A DNA stretch of 64,000 nucleotides from Corallochytrium limacisporum Hawaii. Its lineage: Eukaryota; Protista; Pluriformea. Shown here in pieces: positions 44,636 through 56,849 of this stretch (its first letter is position 1; each line of letters starts with the position of its first letter). The DNA lies in assembly GCA_002811645.1 (NCBI GenBank), contig PDIP01000051.1, positions 83,579 through 147,578 of the forward strand. Reading direction: 5' to 3'. The position numbers and the translations under genes were made by a program. A model generated the notes under the pieces. The model made no database searches and was not told the origin of the DNA. It was given only the letters and a program-made list of their open reading frames with translations.

Positions 44636-45553
44636 TTAAAGGAAGTACGGTGTCGCATTGCGGTCCGGTACCTTCCGCTGGTCGTCCGGTACAGCGTCGA
44701 AAATTTTAAACTCCCGGCCCAGCTGCGCATCAATGGCAAGTATCGATGCGACATTGCCGCAACGATAGCAGTAGTTCGGTGCACTCCATACGGTGACCAA
44801 GTTCTCATCTGGGAACATATACTTGTAACCCTCCTGCACGAGCTGGTGCGCCCGACAGATCAAGCTAAGACGGTTGAAATGGGCAAATTCTGACGTTACC
44901 TTGGATCCAAACAACCACCCTGCGCCGCGCGGGCTGACACTCCATGTCTCAATGTCACCTGGGTCACTCCACATAAGATCACAGAAGGCACCTGTATGGG
45001 GTATCTCCCGGTCGCGCTCAATGGTACGGATCTGATCCAGGGTAGGCACATCTGGAGACAGGCCTCCATGTACGCACAAGACTTCTCCATCAATGATGGC
45101 TGCAATAGTCAGATAGTCAAAGACTTGTGTGCAGTACTTCCAGGCATTGGCGTTACCGTACTTGGTTTGGCACTCATCATAGAATCCGTAGGCCTGGGTG
45201 ATCTGTCGACTTTCGTGATTGCCCCGAAGAAGGATGATCCTGTCAGGCCATTTTGCCTTCAGCGCCAAAAGATAGGTCCAGGTCTCGAGGCTGAAATGAC
45301 CTCGGTCAACATAGTCTCCCATGAATATATACTTTGTGTCTGGTACTTTTCCGCCAGTCTCGAATAAGGCTTTCAAATCATAGAATTGTCCGTGAATATC
45401 GCCACAGATCGTGACGGGAGCACTGACAGGTTGCACATTGCATTCTTCAATCAGAAGATCGATGACCCGGTCGCACAACTTCTTGAGTTCGTGCTCTGGG
45501 AGATACTTGCATTGTGCAATCAGGTCCAACCATTCGTCTGGATTGAACGACAT
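44636..45553 (-). CDS. PPP6C: Ser/Thr protein phosphatase 6 catalytic subunit
   Basis: [57 protein letters not shown] and C-terminal TPYFL. Confidence 0.97.
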   Translation of the reverse strand: MSFNPDEWLDLIAQCKYLPEHELKKLCDRVIDLLIEECNVQPVSAPVTICGDIHGQFYDLKALFETGGKVPDTKYIFMGDYVDRGHFSLETWTYLLALKAKWPDRIILLRGNHESRQITQAYGFYDECQTKYGNANAWKYCTQVFDYLTIAAIIDGEVLCVHGGLSPDVPTLDQIRTIERDREIPHTGAFCDLMWSDPGDIETWSVSPRGAGWLFGSKVTSEFAHFNRLSLICRAHQLVQEGYKYMFPDENLVTVWSAPNYCYRCGNVASILAIDAQLGREFKIFDAVPDDQRKVPDRNATPYFL

Positions 45554-46403
45554 GACTGTTATCTGCTGTCGCTCTGTTCCAAGTTCGAAGTTCCAAATTC
45601 TAAGTCACTATTGGACGCTTCCCTTTATTGGCTGTTCACTTTCTAATTTACCAAACTTTTCTGTACACTATCACGTCAGATTTCTTTACTAGTCCAGACT
45701 CGAGAGGTGTGTTTTGTTCCTCTCAGAGAAGCCTGGTATACAGCTTCGATGACTAGAAAATGTGCAGCTGTGATGTGACGATTTAAATTGACTGGCTTAT
45801 AAATAGCAGCGCTTTTATCCTCGGTTAGAAAGAATAAGAAAAGAAAACACGCATCACCGAGGAATGTTGAGTCAGACTTCGAAGTCTCGTTCCTAAGGCA
45901 GTGTTGATCTGTGGCTCCCCCCCCCCCCGGGAGGAACCCCTTCTCTTTCTTCCCTCTCCTTTACCGGACGATACCGGCTGGCTTCGCCGCGTCCGTAGGC
46001 CAGGGAACCGGATAGCGACACAAAAAACAATGGTCCACCCTGACATAGCTCCGTCATTTGAGTATGGCGGGAAGGAGCGAGAGGTTCTGACACTGGGGGA
46101 CCAGACCTTTCACTGCTGGCCTCTCGTCGGAGCGGACCGGTCGGTCAAATGATCATGAATGAAAGGGGCGGAGGCCAAATGGTGCCAACGGTGTGATTTT
46201 GGTTTAAAGATTTCTAATGGCTGGGCTCTCTCGTGCCAATTTGGACGTGTTTTCTGTGCACTTGCTGACTTGCGTCAGAGGAGAGAGGGTAGAAGTTGGA
46301 AGGGTGCAAATCAAATGGGTACATGGATCTCGATCTGTGCCTACGGGAGAAACTTTGTAGAAAGGATTTTACCACAATATCGTGTACCATAACAAAACCT
46401 ATA

Positions 46404-46844
46404 ATGTCGTCGGGAGGAGAAAAAGACTCTGTGAGGGGTATCCTCAAGCACGGAGGAGAAGAGCACCCTCACAAAACCTTCCGATTCGATGAGAAGAATA
46501 TCGAAGAAACAGAGAAAGAGAAAGCAGAGTTTGCACACATCAAAATAGATGAACCCAAGACTCCGTACGAGCCTGCCATCCGCCCTATCGAAGGAGAAAG
46601 CGAGGATATTCCCGCCCTTGGCGACCTTCACGGACAACTGCAGCACGCAGCGGTTCAACCGCGTGAAGAGCCCGAAGAATGGCATGAGGACGAACACCGG
46701 GACCCAAAAGAACTTGAGGAAGAGCACCACCGTGCTTTCGAACAACAGCGCAAATATCACTACGATGAGGCGCTGCACCTGAAGCAGGCGAGGGAACTGG
46801 CTGCTAAAGAATTGGCCGAGTTGGAGGACGAGGATGACGATTAA
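46404..46844 (+). CDS. PPP1R2: Protein phosphatase 1 inhibitor-2
   Basis: RGILK (SILK motif), KTFRFDE, KIDEPKTPY, FEQQRKYHYDE. Confidence 0.92.
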   Translation: MSSGGEKDSVRGILKHGGEEHPHKTFRFDEKNIEETEKEKAEFAHIKIDEPKTPYEPAIRPIEGESEDIPALGDLHGQLQHAAVQPREEPEEWHEDEHRDPKELEEEHHRAFEQQRKYHYDEALHLKQARELAAKELAELEDEDDD

Positions 46845-46981
46845 TTCCAATCACAATAGGTGGTTGTAGCGTGAGCCTTGTGTAGGTTTGCGCTATGGTT
46901 TTTATTGTCAAGACCCAGCAGTTAAGCCTGGTACCACTCACTGACGCAGGCTTCTACTGAGGAACCAGTCCAGCCTTTGGT

Positions 46982-47144
46982 TTATTGCTGCTTGCATTCA
47001 GGCTTATCAACCTGATCACCGCCAGCACCAGGAGCGGCACCAATGTTGGGGATGTTTTGTTGGCCACCCTTTGATCCCCTCTTACCGCCTCGCCGGCGAC
47101 TTGACTTGCGGTGCTCCTCCTCCTCTTCCTCATCGTCGTCTTCC

Positions 47145-47176
<32 letters not shown>

Positions 47177-48142
47177 GTCGTCGTCGTCATCATCAAGCTC
47201 ATCGTCATCATCAACGTCATATAAATCAGGATCGAATTCATCGTCGGAGTCTGCTTGTGAATCTTCATACTCTCCTAGGTAAACCATCAGCGCGTGAGGG
47301 ATTATCTTCTCCCGGATGGTCTCCGCCAACGCAAAATCGAACGCAAGCTTTTGATCAGTCTCCTCCTCATCGTCGGTAGAGTCAATAAAGATATCAAAGA
47401 AACTGTCCACTTTCTCAGTCTTGATCATATACTCGGGACCACTGCCGGAATTGCCACCCTTGCCCTTGCGGCCGGGCTTGCGGTTTTTGCCACCAGGGAT
47501 CTTGGTCTTGATGCGCTTGTAACGTGGATCCTTGTCCTCAGACTTGAATTGAATGGAACTAGATTCTGCAGAGTAGAAGAGCAAGTCAGCATCCTCGTCT
47601 ACCTTCATATTGAACTTCTTGGAGAGCACAGAATTGGCAAAGAATGGGTTCTCGTTGAAGTGGAATCTGATGCTGAAGTTGTGAGTTCCTTTCTCCTTTT
47701 CGCAGGTGATGTTATAGAGGTACTCTAGGATGGGCTCGTCCTTGTCGGTAATCACCGTATCCAGAATTTGGAAGCGACGCATGACATCGAGCCAGAAGTC
47801 CGGAATGCCAGTTATGATCTGAGCGGTACCCTTCTGGTTTCCAGTCTTTAGATCAAGGGCGGCCAGCTGCTCGTCGATGGTACGACTATCCCAGTTAGCA
47901 GGATCTTCAGTCCCCCTGACAAGATCACCCTGTTTGTTTTGTAAGGCTAGACGGCGCTCCTGGAATTCATCGTCGAGAGCAGCAATGCGCTCAATATATT
48001 CTTTTTCCAGGGCAATGTAGTCCTTGTACACACTGTGCAAACCGATAGCGCGTCTCTGCACAGCGTAGGCCAGGGTACTGATATCAGGGAGCCCCGAGAG
48101 GTTATCCGAGTCCGACTGGGACGCCATGGTCGTGGAAGGCAT
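46982..48142 (-). CDS. NAP1: Nucleosome assembly protein 1
   Basis: GIPDFWL, DEPILEYL, F.FNENPFF.N.VLSK, SFF, acidic tail and CaaX-type end ECKQQ. Confidence 0.95.
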
Positions 48143-48357
48143 AGTTGTTGTCTAAGTTGAGAGATGCAACTTTGTCTTCTGTTGATTGGTCTCAAGTCTG
48201 ATCCTTGGCCTGGTGGAGCAATTTTTCAATTCTCCTCATACAAGACTTCTACGGTTTGTTGCTACAAATGAATCCTCGTTCAAATAGTACCTGCCACAGC
48301 CCTCGTCGCAGCTATTGGGCCCAGATTAGACCGGCCAGACCGGCCGAGTGGCGTGGT

Positions 48358-48367
48358 GGCGCGAAAA
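48358..48367. promoter_or_regulatory. E2F-like element GGCGCGAAAA upstream of NAP1
   Basis: Matches TTTSSCGC on the minus strand, about 215 bp upstream of the ATG. Confidence 0.45.
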
Positions 48368-48551
48368 ACGCGCTAACGTCGACATATCGTTTCCCCCCTC
48401 CCTCTGGGAGCGGAGGAAAAGGGGGCCGGGATTTCCAAAATTGATTTACAGAAACCTTCGTATTGATGTATGGCTAAAAAATTCTATTGTACTAGTGTAG
48501 TAAACAGTACTGCGCTATGGAATTTATTTGCGGGATGGTGGGTAAATGCTC

Positions 48552-51461
48552 TCACCAGAGATCGAACCGGAGCATCAGGAGGACCGGTAGAGCCGAGAGG
48601 ACCAGAAGTAGGGGCCACAATTCCGTACCGAAGGAGTCCTTGATTAAAATGGCCAATTTTTGCGTTATGTCCGTCACCTGTCTGCCCAATGTGAGCTGTG
48701 CATCGCAGCTCTTGAATCGATTGTGTACACCGTCACACTGATTGACCAACTCACAGAGCATGGTACCAGGAATATGACAAGCAAATGCATAGGCATCCGT
48801 TGCACTGGCACACTGCGCATACTGCACCAGGCCGCTGCTCTGCATGTCTATAAGGCCGGAGATGGGATCGTACTCTGACACCACGTTCATGGTGCGGTGG
48901 TAGACCTGGTGTGCCTCGACATGCTCGTAGGGGCGATCTGGATGGCGGAATTTGGAGTACGCATGCTTGATGCCGGGTGCACTGAAGGCAATAGAAGTTG
49001 TATCCGTGACGAGACCGACGGCACGGGCGACACCGCCGCCTAGGGAGTGGCCGGTGAGAACGACGTGAATGTGCGGACGGCTCCGGCGGATTTCATCCAC
49101 ACGCTGAATGACCTGCTGATAGTACATATGGCGTCGATCGACAGCATGAAAGACCTCAAGAGATTCGTGCATGAGATTAACCATCATGGCTGAGGTGCGA
49201 TCAGGCCACCAACGAATGGTGGGGAAGATCGCGGAGAGTATGTTCAAAGCTACTGGTTCTGTCCACATGCGAATGTCCTCGACGACATCATTCAGCACCA
49301 AGGGATCTGTACCACGCACAGCGACCACTATGATCTCGCGGTCCACGAACTCAACCTCCAGGTGCTGCCCAGATCTGTGTTCTCCCTTATGAATGTGAGC
49401 ACTGATACGACCGAAGGACTCCTTTGGAAAGGCCTTCTCGAGTAATTTCTGGTAGACGCGGTCATTCTCTGGGACGTAGGCGACCTCCGACATGATCATA
49501 AGGTCAGTGAGGGTGAAATTGTAGAACGAAGACTCGCAGGAGAGATAGTATGGCTGGGGCAGGTCCTTACGTTGCATCCAGTCCTTACGGGGTTGAATCT
49601 CTGTTGGTTCCTTAAGTGTCAGGCGTGTTTCGTGTAGTTCGGCGTGCTTAAAGACGAGAGAGTTGTCTCCGTCGTCGATGCCTAGATCCAGCGTACGCAT
49701 TAGCGTGAGCTTTGTGGAGGTCTGCAAGTACGAAGCTGCGTTAACGAGGGCTAGGACGATGCAGAAAAAGGCCATGAAATTGAAGAGAAAGCGGAACGTG
49801 GCTCCAACCAGTGCTTTACCGGTTTTGGCGTGGCGAGAATGTCTCCGGCCACGCACGCCGTCTCCAGCGGTCACAATTGCTGCGGCCTCGCTGCGTGGAA
49901 CGGTATTCAGAATGTACCGTCGCATGAAGTACAGTACCAGGAGTATAAAGTTCACATAACCGGGCAGTTTGCTGACATACATTAGAGCAAGTGCCAAAGC
50001 GATGGAGATCGCGAGCGCTTGAAAGGTCTGGGTCCAATTGCGCAGGATCATAAAGACTTTAGACACACTGATGATCGTCAGGTACATTAGGGGCATGATC
50101 ACGCACACCAGCGTGAACTCATCCTGTGCATCCATGAAACCAATATTGGGATGCATTGCACTGCGCGCAAATTGGAACAATGGGAACACAAAAAACACCA
50201 CCCGCACCCCAAGGATCATTGGTACGAGTTTCTCGGGCTGTCCGTAGTATGTTTTCGCACTCGGGGGTGTCATAACAACAAACAAACTCCAGAATACGAG
50301 CCATCCCAGCATCAATAACAGCGAGGCCCGACCATGCTCTAGGCCTGTGTACTGTTCCGGATTCACCCCGAGGTGACTGATGCCCCATAGGCTGAACCAT
50401 GCGATGGTCGCAAGAATTAGTGGGATACTGAGCACATTGAGCGCATACCATCGCCATCGAGTCTTTCCCGGGAACCCCTTGTTAAAGGATGGCACTTGAT
50501 AGAGCAGGACACAGAGCCACTGATATATCGCAATGGTCAAGCAGATCCGCAGCACACGAAGAGGCATTTTGTATGGCTCATTGAACAGGCTCATCAGCGA
50601 TCCACGACTGCAAAACTCGAAGATGTCGACTTCCGGGTGTTCGCACATATATGGCGCGGATACCGCGACGGAGGTCATGAGCAACAGTGGGCCCATAAGC
50701 ACCCCAAACATGACAGCCCGGGACGAACGGTCCTGACTGATCATAACCCGCAAAGTAGGCAGGTCATCAACCGTTTGGAACGCCATTTGAAAGAAGTCGA
50801 TGCTCAAAAGAACAACCAGGCGCAACACGCAGTAGCATTGTACAACAAAGGCTGCCCCCTCTATGAGTCCAACCTGCTCTTCTACTTGGAAGAATATGTT
50901 ACCCATCTTGAGTCCTACGTTGCTCAGAACGTTGACCAGGAAGGCCCACATTAGACCTACACATTGCAGGCAAACGTACACATAGAAGACATTCATCAAC
51001 CGCAACATCATTGCGTTACTGACAATCAAGACGGCAAATTTCTGCAGCATCAGACGTAACCACTTCTCAAAGAGTGCCAACGGCCCGTATTGCCAGCTCA
51101 GATAGGTCTCCGAGCTGTCTGGGGCGGCGATAAGATCATCTTCACCGTGATGAGACTCGTTCTTGTCCACATCCATTGGTGTACTGCCGTTTTTGGCGCT
51201 ACTATTCCTGTCTTGGGATTTTCTGTTTGTGCCATTACGATTTGCCCCATTTCTGGCCCTTGCCTGTGTGGCTTTCTTAGATTGTGGCGAACCAGTCTGG
51301 TTGCGTTTCCGGAGAGCTAAATTGTTGAAACCTTCCAATAACTCCGTCTCAAGTGTGCCGTCCTGAACACTTTCTTGGACGGTGCCGGGCTCCTGAACTT
51401 CATGAGCAGCAAATTCGCGCCTCTTTGAAGCCGCATCCATCCCACGCGTACGCACCGTCAT
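48552..51461 (-). CDS. Polytopic membrane protein with C-terminal class-3 lipase domain
   Basis: About 10-12 hydrophobic segments, then VVAVRGT, VLTGHSLGGG, AFSAPG, D and H candidates, and a terminal TM. Start at 51461 or 51590. Confidence 0.85.
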   Translation of the reverse strand: MTVRTRGMDAASKRREFAAHEVQEPGTVQESVQDGTLETELLEGFNNLALRKRNQTGSPQSKKATQARARNGANRNGTNRKSQDRNSSAKNGSTPMDVDKNESHHGEDDLIAAPDSSETYLSWQYGPLALFEKWLRLMLQKFAVLIVSNAMMLRLMNVFYVYVCLQCVGLMWAFLVNVLSNVGLKMGNIFFQVEEQVGLIEGAAFVVQCYCVLRLVVLLSIDFFQMAFQTVDDLPTLRVMISQDRSSRAVMFGVLMGPLLLMTSVAVSAPYMCEHPEVDIFEFCSRGSLMSLFNEPYKMPLRVLRICLTIAIYQWLCVLLYQVPSFNKGFPGKTRWRWYALNVLSIPLILATIAWFSLWGISHLGVNPEQYTGLEHGRASLLLMLGWLVFWSLFVVMTPPSAKTYYGQPEKLVPMILGVRVVFFVFPLFQFARSAMHPNIGFMDAQDEFTLVCVIMPLMYLTIISVSKVFMILRNWTQTFQALAISIALALALMYVSKLPGYVNFILLVLYFMRRYILNTVPRSEAAAIVTAGDGVRGRRHSRHAKTGKALVGATFRFLFNFMAFFCIVLALVNAASYLQTSTKLTLMRTLDLGIDDGDNSLVFKHAELHETRLTLKEPTEIQPRKDWMQRKDLPQPYYLSCESSFYNFTLTDLMIMSEVAYVPENDRVYQKLLEKAFPKESFGRISAHIHKGEHRSGQHLEVEFVDREIIVVAVRGTDPLVLNDVVEDIRMWTEPVALNILSAIFPTIRWWPDRTSAMMVNLMHESLEVFHAVDRRHMYYQQVIQRVDEIRRSRPHIHVVLTGHSLGGGVARAVGLVTDTTSIAFSAPGIKHAYSKFRHPDRPYEHVEAHQVYHRTMNVVSEYDPISGLIDMQSSGLVQYAQCASATDAYAFACHIPGTMLCELVNQCDGVHNRFKSCDAQLTLGRQVTDITQKLAILIKDSFGTELWPLLLVLSALPVLLMLRFDLW

Positions 51462-52122
51462 TGTTGGTATCGCTGGTCGGTCCACCCGTCTTTGGAAACT
51501 TGTCACCGCATAGCGGAGTCTTGGTGAAACTTCGGCGCGTCGTTCTTTAAAGTATGCTAGCAATATACAAACTGTACTGTCCTCAATCATCTCTATTCGA
51601 GATCCACCTTAGCTCTGGGCGGTTTAGATAGCCTCACCTTCCGAATGTCCGCCTCTTGACCGACCATTCCATGACTAGATTGCACGCCTCCCCCATCGGT
51701 ACCCTCAACGCGTTCGAACCGTCGCAATTATATTGATAACACGGGGAGCCCATACCATCCAAGTGGCTGTTTCTTGGCCGCGGAGGCGATCAGGTGGTTC
51801 ACCTCACCTCAAAGAGGCCCCCTGTTTGAACCCAAGATCTTTCTTGCTTTCGTCACCTCTTAATTGAGTCGGTTCAAAAGGTACCGGTCATTGGACTGTG
51901 CACAGGGGCCTATTTTCGTTTACTATTTCTGTGTTTTTTCGGGCTGTGGGGTCGAGTGGCTACCTCTGTTGCCCTCTCTTTCGCAAGTCCTGGGAGTGAC
52001 ACTGTTGCCACAGGCCGGTCCGTCGTCGCCGGTCAAGGTAGGGTCTTAAATGCTGCTGACGAGACTGCGTTTGTGTGTCTTGGAACCCTGGAACAGAGAG
52101 TCGACACATTATATCGGAATCG

Positions 52123-52274
52123 GTAAGTCCTCTAATAAAATCCAAGTTTAAGCTGTATGTGCACACCAGTTACTTATGTAGTAGAGCCTGCTTCCGTCTC
52201 GCGGATGTTAGAACAACATCCAATCGCTGCCGACTACAGTCTTCGGGTAGTCTTTGATACTAGTTCCAATTTAG
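52123..52274 (+). other. Candidate 5' UTR intron of CLPP
   Basis: G|GTAAGT donor at 52123 and ATTTAG acceptor 2 nt before ATG 52277. Confidence 0.5.
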
Positions 52275-52276
52275 TT

Positions 52277-53023
52277 ATGACGTCTGCGCTGAGCGCCTTG
52301 TTCCGTAAGGTGCCCCGTATGGGACAGAGTCTAGTGCGTCCTGTTAACGTGGCCGGCAGGTTTGCCTCGGTACGGCCCGTGTGCACGACCCGGCAAGTGC
52401 TTCAACCCCTGATCCCGACCGTTGTAGAGTATACTCCGCGGGGTGAGCGCTACCATGACATCTTTAGTCGGCTGTTGAAGGAGCGTATCATTTGCGTTAT
52501 GGGACCAATTAGCGAGGAATTAAGTGCCGTGGTTGTGGCACAACTGTTGTATTGTGAATCCGAGGCCCCGGAGTCCCCAATCAGTATGTACATCAATTCC
52601 CCAGGTGGCTTTGTGACCGCAGGCATGGCCATATACGATACCATGCAGTACATTAAGTCTCCAGTGCATACCCTGTGCATGGGTCAAGCTGCATCCATGG
52701 GATCCCTTCTACTTGCTGCCGGAGAGCCGGGTCACCGCTTTATCCTGCCCAATGCTCGGGTCATGGTCCACCAGCCGAGCGGTGGTGCGAGTGGCCAAGC
52801 CAGTGACATTGCTATCCACGCCAAAGAAATTCTGGAGACACGGGAACGCCTGAACAAGATCTACCAGCAACACACGGGTCAGGACTATGATATCATTGAG
52901 AAAGCCCTTGAGCGTGACAACTTCATGAGCCCGGAGCGGGCTAAGGAATTTGGGTTGGTCGATGAGGTCATTGCCGAACGCACAGAGGAGACCAAGGCGG
53001 ACGGAAACCAGAAATCCGACTAA
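52277..53023 (+). CDS. CLPP: Mitochondrial ClpP protease subunit
   Basis: Arg-rich, acid-free presequence; [40 protein letters not shown]. Confidence 0.97.
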   Translation: MTSALSALFRKVPRMGQSLVRPVNVAGRFASVRPVCTTRQVLQPLIPTVVEYTPRGERYHDIFSRLLKERIICVMGPISEELSAVVVAQLLYCESEAPESPISMYINSPGGFVTAGMAIYDTMQYIKSPVHTLCMGQAASMGSLLLAAGEPGHRFILPNARVMVHQPSGGASGQASDIAIHAKEILETRERLNKIYQQHTGQDYDIIEKALERDNFMSPERAKEFGLVDEVIAERTEETKADGNQKSD

Positions 53024-53279
53024 AATTGACAAGATCAAAGGGCTGCAAAGCTTTTTCAGACAGTTTATTAGAAAGCTTCACTGTTGTATCCTTTACTTTC
53101 ACCTCATAAAATTGATCTCCCAGAGATTCCCGAGCACGTATAATTAGCGTCAAGACATTTGTCCGTAAAATTCATACGCATACAGAAACAAAACAACCTT
53201 TGTGGACGCTGCTTTCTTTGAATTGCTATTTTTTATTATTGTGCTCCCTTGAGGAACAGATGACACTACAGTTTTGTGT

Positions 53280-54642
<1,363 letters not shown>

Positions 54643-54978
54643 CTTTCAATACACTAGTCAGATTAAAAGCGCAAGTCAAAGGGGAACCAACTTCTGGGCA
54701 AGGAAGCTGCTATGCATCTTTGCAAACTTGAGAGAAACGGACAGAGTAAAAAGCAAATTCTGTCTGGTCGGAAGTTTGTTACCAATCCCAAAACGTGGGG
54801 TGGGACTTCCCCCGTGCTGTTCGCCCGTGTCTGCGAAAAGTACTGCGCGAGGCCAAGTGTTGTGCCTTACGTTCCCTCACAGAAGGGGAGGGCTCAGGAC
54901 TACAGCTGCGAAACGAGTGGCTAACCAAAACCTCGAATTGCCGCAAGTGTTCAGCAGCCAACGCGAGAGGAGGCCAAA

Positions 54979-54988
54979 GGCGCGAAAA
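54979..54988. promoter_or_regulatory. E2F-like element GGCGCGAAAA in the RBBP4/CENP-O divergent promoter
   Basis: Same 10-mer as upstream of NAP1. Confidence 0.45.
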
Positions 54989-55243
54989 TTTATTGGCGGC
55001 TTTTGCCCCGGGGCGTTCAGTGCTGAGCAAGGGCTCAGTCTCCCGAGAGACCTACGCGGTGTTTCCAGGCGCAGTTCCGGAAACGGGCAACTGCCCTTAG
55101 GCTACTTGATGGTGACAAAATGGGAAACATGATCAATTATTTGTAAGCGAATGGATGTGATTAACTTCGATTTTGAGCAAACCACGAGATAAGATGATAA
55201 AGAAGCAACTACGGGAAAGGTAGACATCGTGGTCGAAGTCACA

Positions 55244-56257
55244 ATGCCAAGCGAACTACGCAGCCTCCTGGGTAAGAGTCTGGATCTAATATCCGTCCAG
55301 CAAGCCAGTGGACAGGTTATTGAGCACACAGCAGCGTTGGAACGGAAAGTTTCGGAATTGGAAGGGCGGAAACGAGCTCTAGAGGCAGAGTCTGCGCATA
55401 GACAGAAGACCAAAAGGATTCTGCACCTGCTGCCAAAGCAATTGACCAGGGCCGAAGATGAACATGGAAGCAAGACAGACGTAGTAACAAAAGAGGAGGA
55501 GACAAGCAATTTTCTGAAAAGAGTAGCCCAAGAAAGTAGTGACAGTGGAATACAGGCCAAACTACAGGCATACCGCCTGGCAGGCGTGACGTTTGTGCCA
55601 CACAGTGAAGTCGAGGTGGAACTTCGGATCGAAACTGCTCACGGGCGTCGCTATTGTGAAACCATTTATCTCTTTCTGCGAATACCTTCCGATGAGATGA
55701 GGAACAGCAACAGCGACAGCACCCCGGGCGATAAAGGGAAAATTTTAGTCACCCGTCATACCGTCCCGCCGTTTATTAACTTGCGACAAATTGCGCACGA
55801 TCATTTGAGTTTGAGCCTGCGCAACTTCACCTTCGAGCTATCCGACCACATGAACGCCTTCGTGCAACGCAGAGAAGGGATTGAAGATCTCAAGCAAGTA
55901 CTCGGTCCGAATACTCTACCGGAAGACAGCATTTTTGCGAATCGGGGGTGCACCATGGTTGCCTTCATGCTTCGGAATGTTGAGATTGGAGGTGGTGAGG
56001 ATCAGTACCCAAAAGCCCAGCAGCTCCGGATCATCCTAGGCTATGACAGAGTTAAGGACATTCTACCAACACGAGTGCTGGTCAGTCGTGCGGACGTCAC
56101 TGAACATGAACAGACGTTTGGAACTTTGGTATCCTTCTCGCTGGCTGCCAGGGGCGGACAACGGATATGGGCCTGGGAGGACCGCCTCCGTAGAGAATCT
56201 TTGTCGACAGCGATTCCTGCTTTGATGGGTCGTCGTAGGGATCGTTGTGAGAAATAA
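55244..56257 (+). CDS. CENPO: Kinetochore CCAN subunit CENP-O/Mcm21
   Basis: N-terminal coiled coil, then YRLAGVTF, LRIET..YCETIYLFL and RHTVPPFI.L (CENP-O signature). Confidence 0.8.
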   Translation: MPSELRSLLGKSLDLISVQQASGQVIEHTAALERKVSELEGRKRALEAESAHRQKTKRILHLLPKQLTRAEDEHGSKTDVVTKEEETSNFLKRVAQESSDSGIQAKLQAYRLAGVTFVPHSEVEVELRIETAHGRRYCETIYLFLRIPSDEMRNSNSDSTPGDKGKILVTRHTVPPFINLRQIAHDHLSLSLRNFTFELSDHMNAFVQRREGIEDLKQVLGPNTLPEDSIFANRGCTMVAFMLRNVEIGGGEDQYPKAQQLRIILGYDRVKDILPTRVLVSRADVTEHEQTFGTLVSFSLAARGGQRIWAWEDRLRRESLSTAIPALMGRRRDRCEK

Positions 56258-56384
56258 CACTGTGAAAACTAAAGCAAAGCAATACAAATCTGAACATACT
56301 ACGCAGGTGTGCCTGTGTATTCATTAGTTTAGAGTAACATGTATCTCCTCTGGGTTGGCTACAATGGAAGGCTCTTCGTTTGCT

Positions 56385-56849
56385 TCAAACAAATCCATCC
56401 ATATCATCTGTCCGAAGCAAACGGTAAAGGATATCATCCACGATGGACTTGACATGAAATTCCAGCTCAGAAATGTGCTGCCGCTGCTTCTCTTTGTACT
56501 CAAAGAAATAGAAGAGTTTGATCGCCAATTTCTCAATCTTTTCCCTTTCTTCACTCATCTCCCGCGACTGCAATAGAATGTCTCCCAACACGGGGTTATT
56601 ATCCAGTTTGGCGTCTACCATTTCCTGAAATTCCTCAACATCCGCTGACGTCGGCTTGCTGCCGTTGGGTTGAAAGGGTTTCATTAGTGACTGCCAGCCC
56701 ATGTCCTCACACCGCTCCTTGACAGCGGTGCGGATGTAGAAGGACTGGTCCTTCACTGCGTCATTATTTAATGATGCCGTGTCACGGCGGCTCAGAGGGG
56801 CTAGGTCCGGCGCCGGTGCGGGTCCCTTGGCACCTGATGAAGCTGCCAT
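56385..56849 (-). CDS. Hypothetical protein
   Basis: 154-aa ATG ORF, helical and charged, convergent with CENP-O. Confidence 0.5.
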   Translation of the reverse strand: MAASSGAKGPAPAPDLAPLSRRDTASLNNDAVKDQSFYIRTAVKERCEDMGWQSLMKPFQPNGSKPTSADVEEFQEMVDAKLDNNPVLGDILLQSREMSEEREKIEKLAIKLFYFFEYKEKQRQHISELEFHVKSIVDDILYRLLRTDDMDGFV

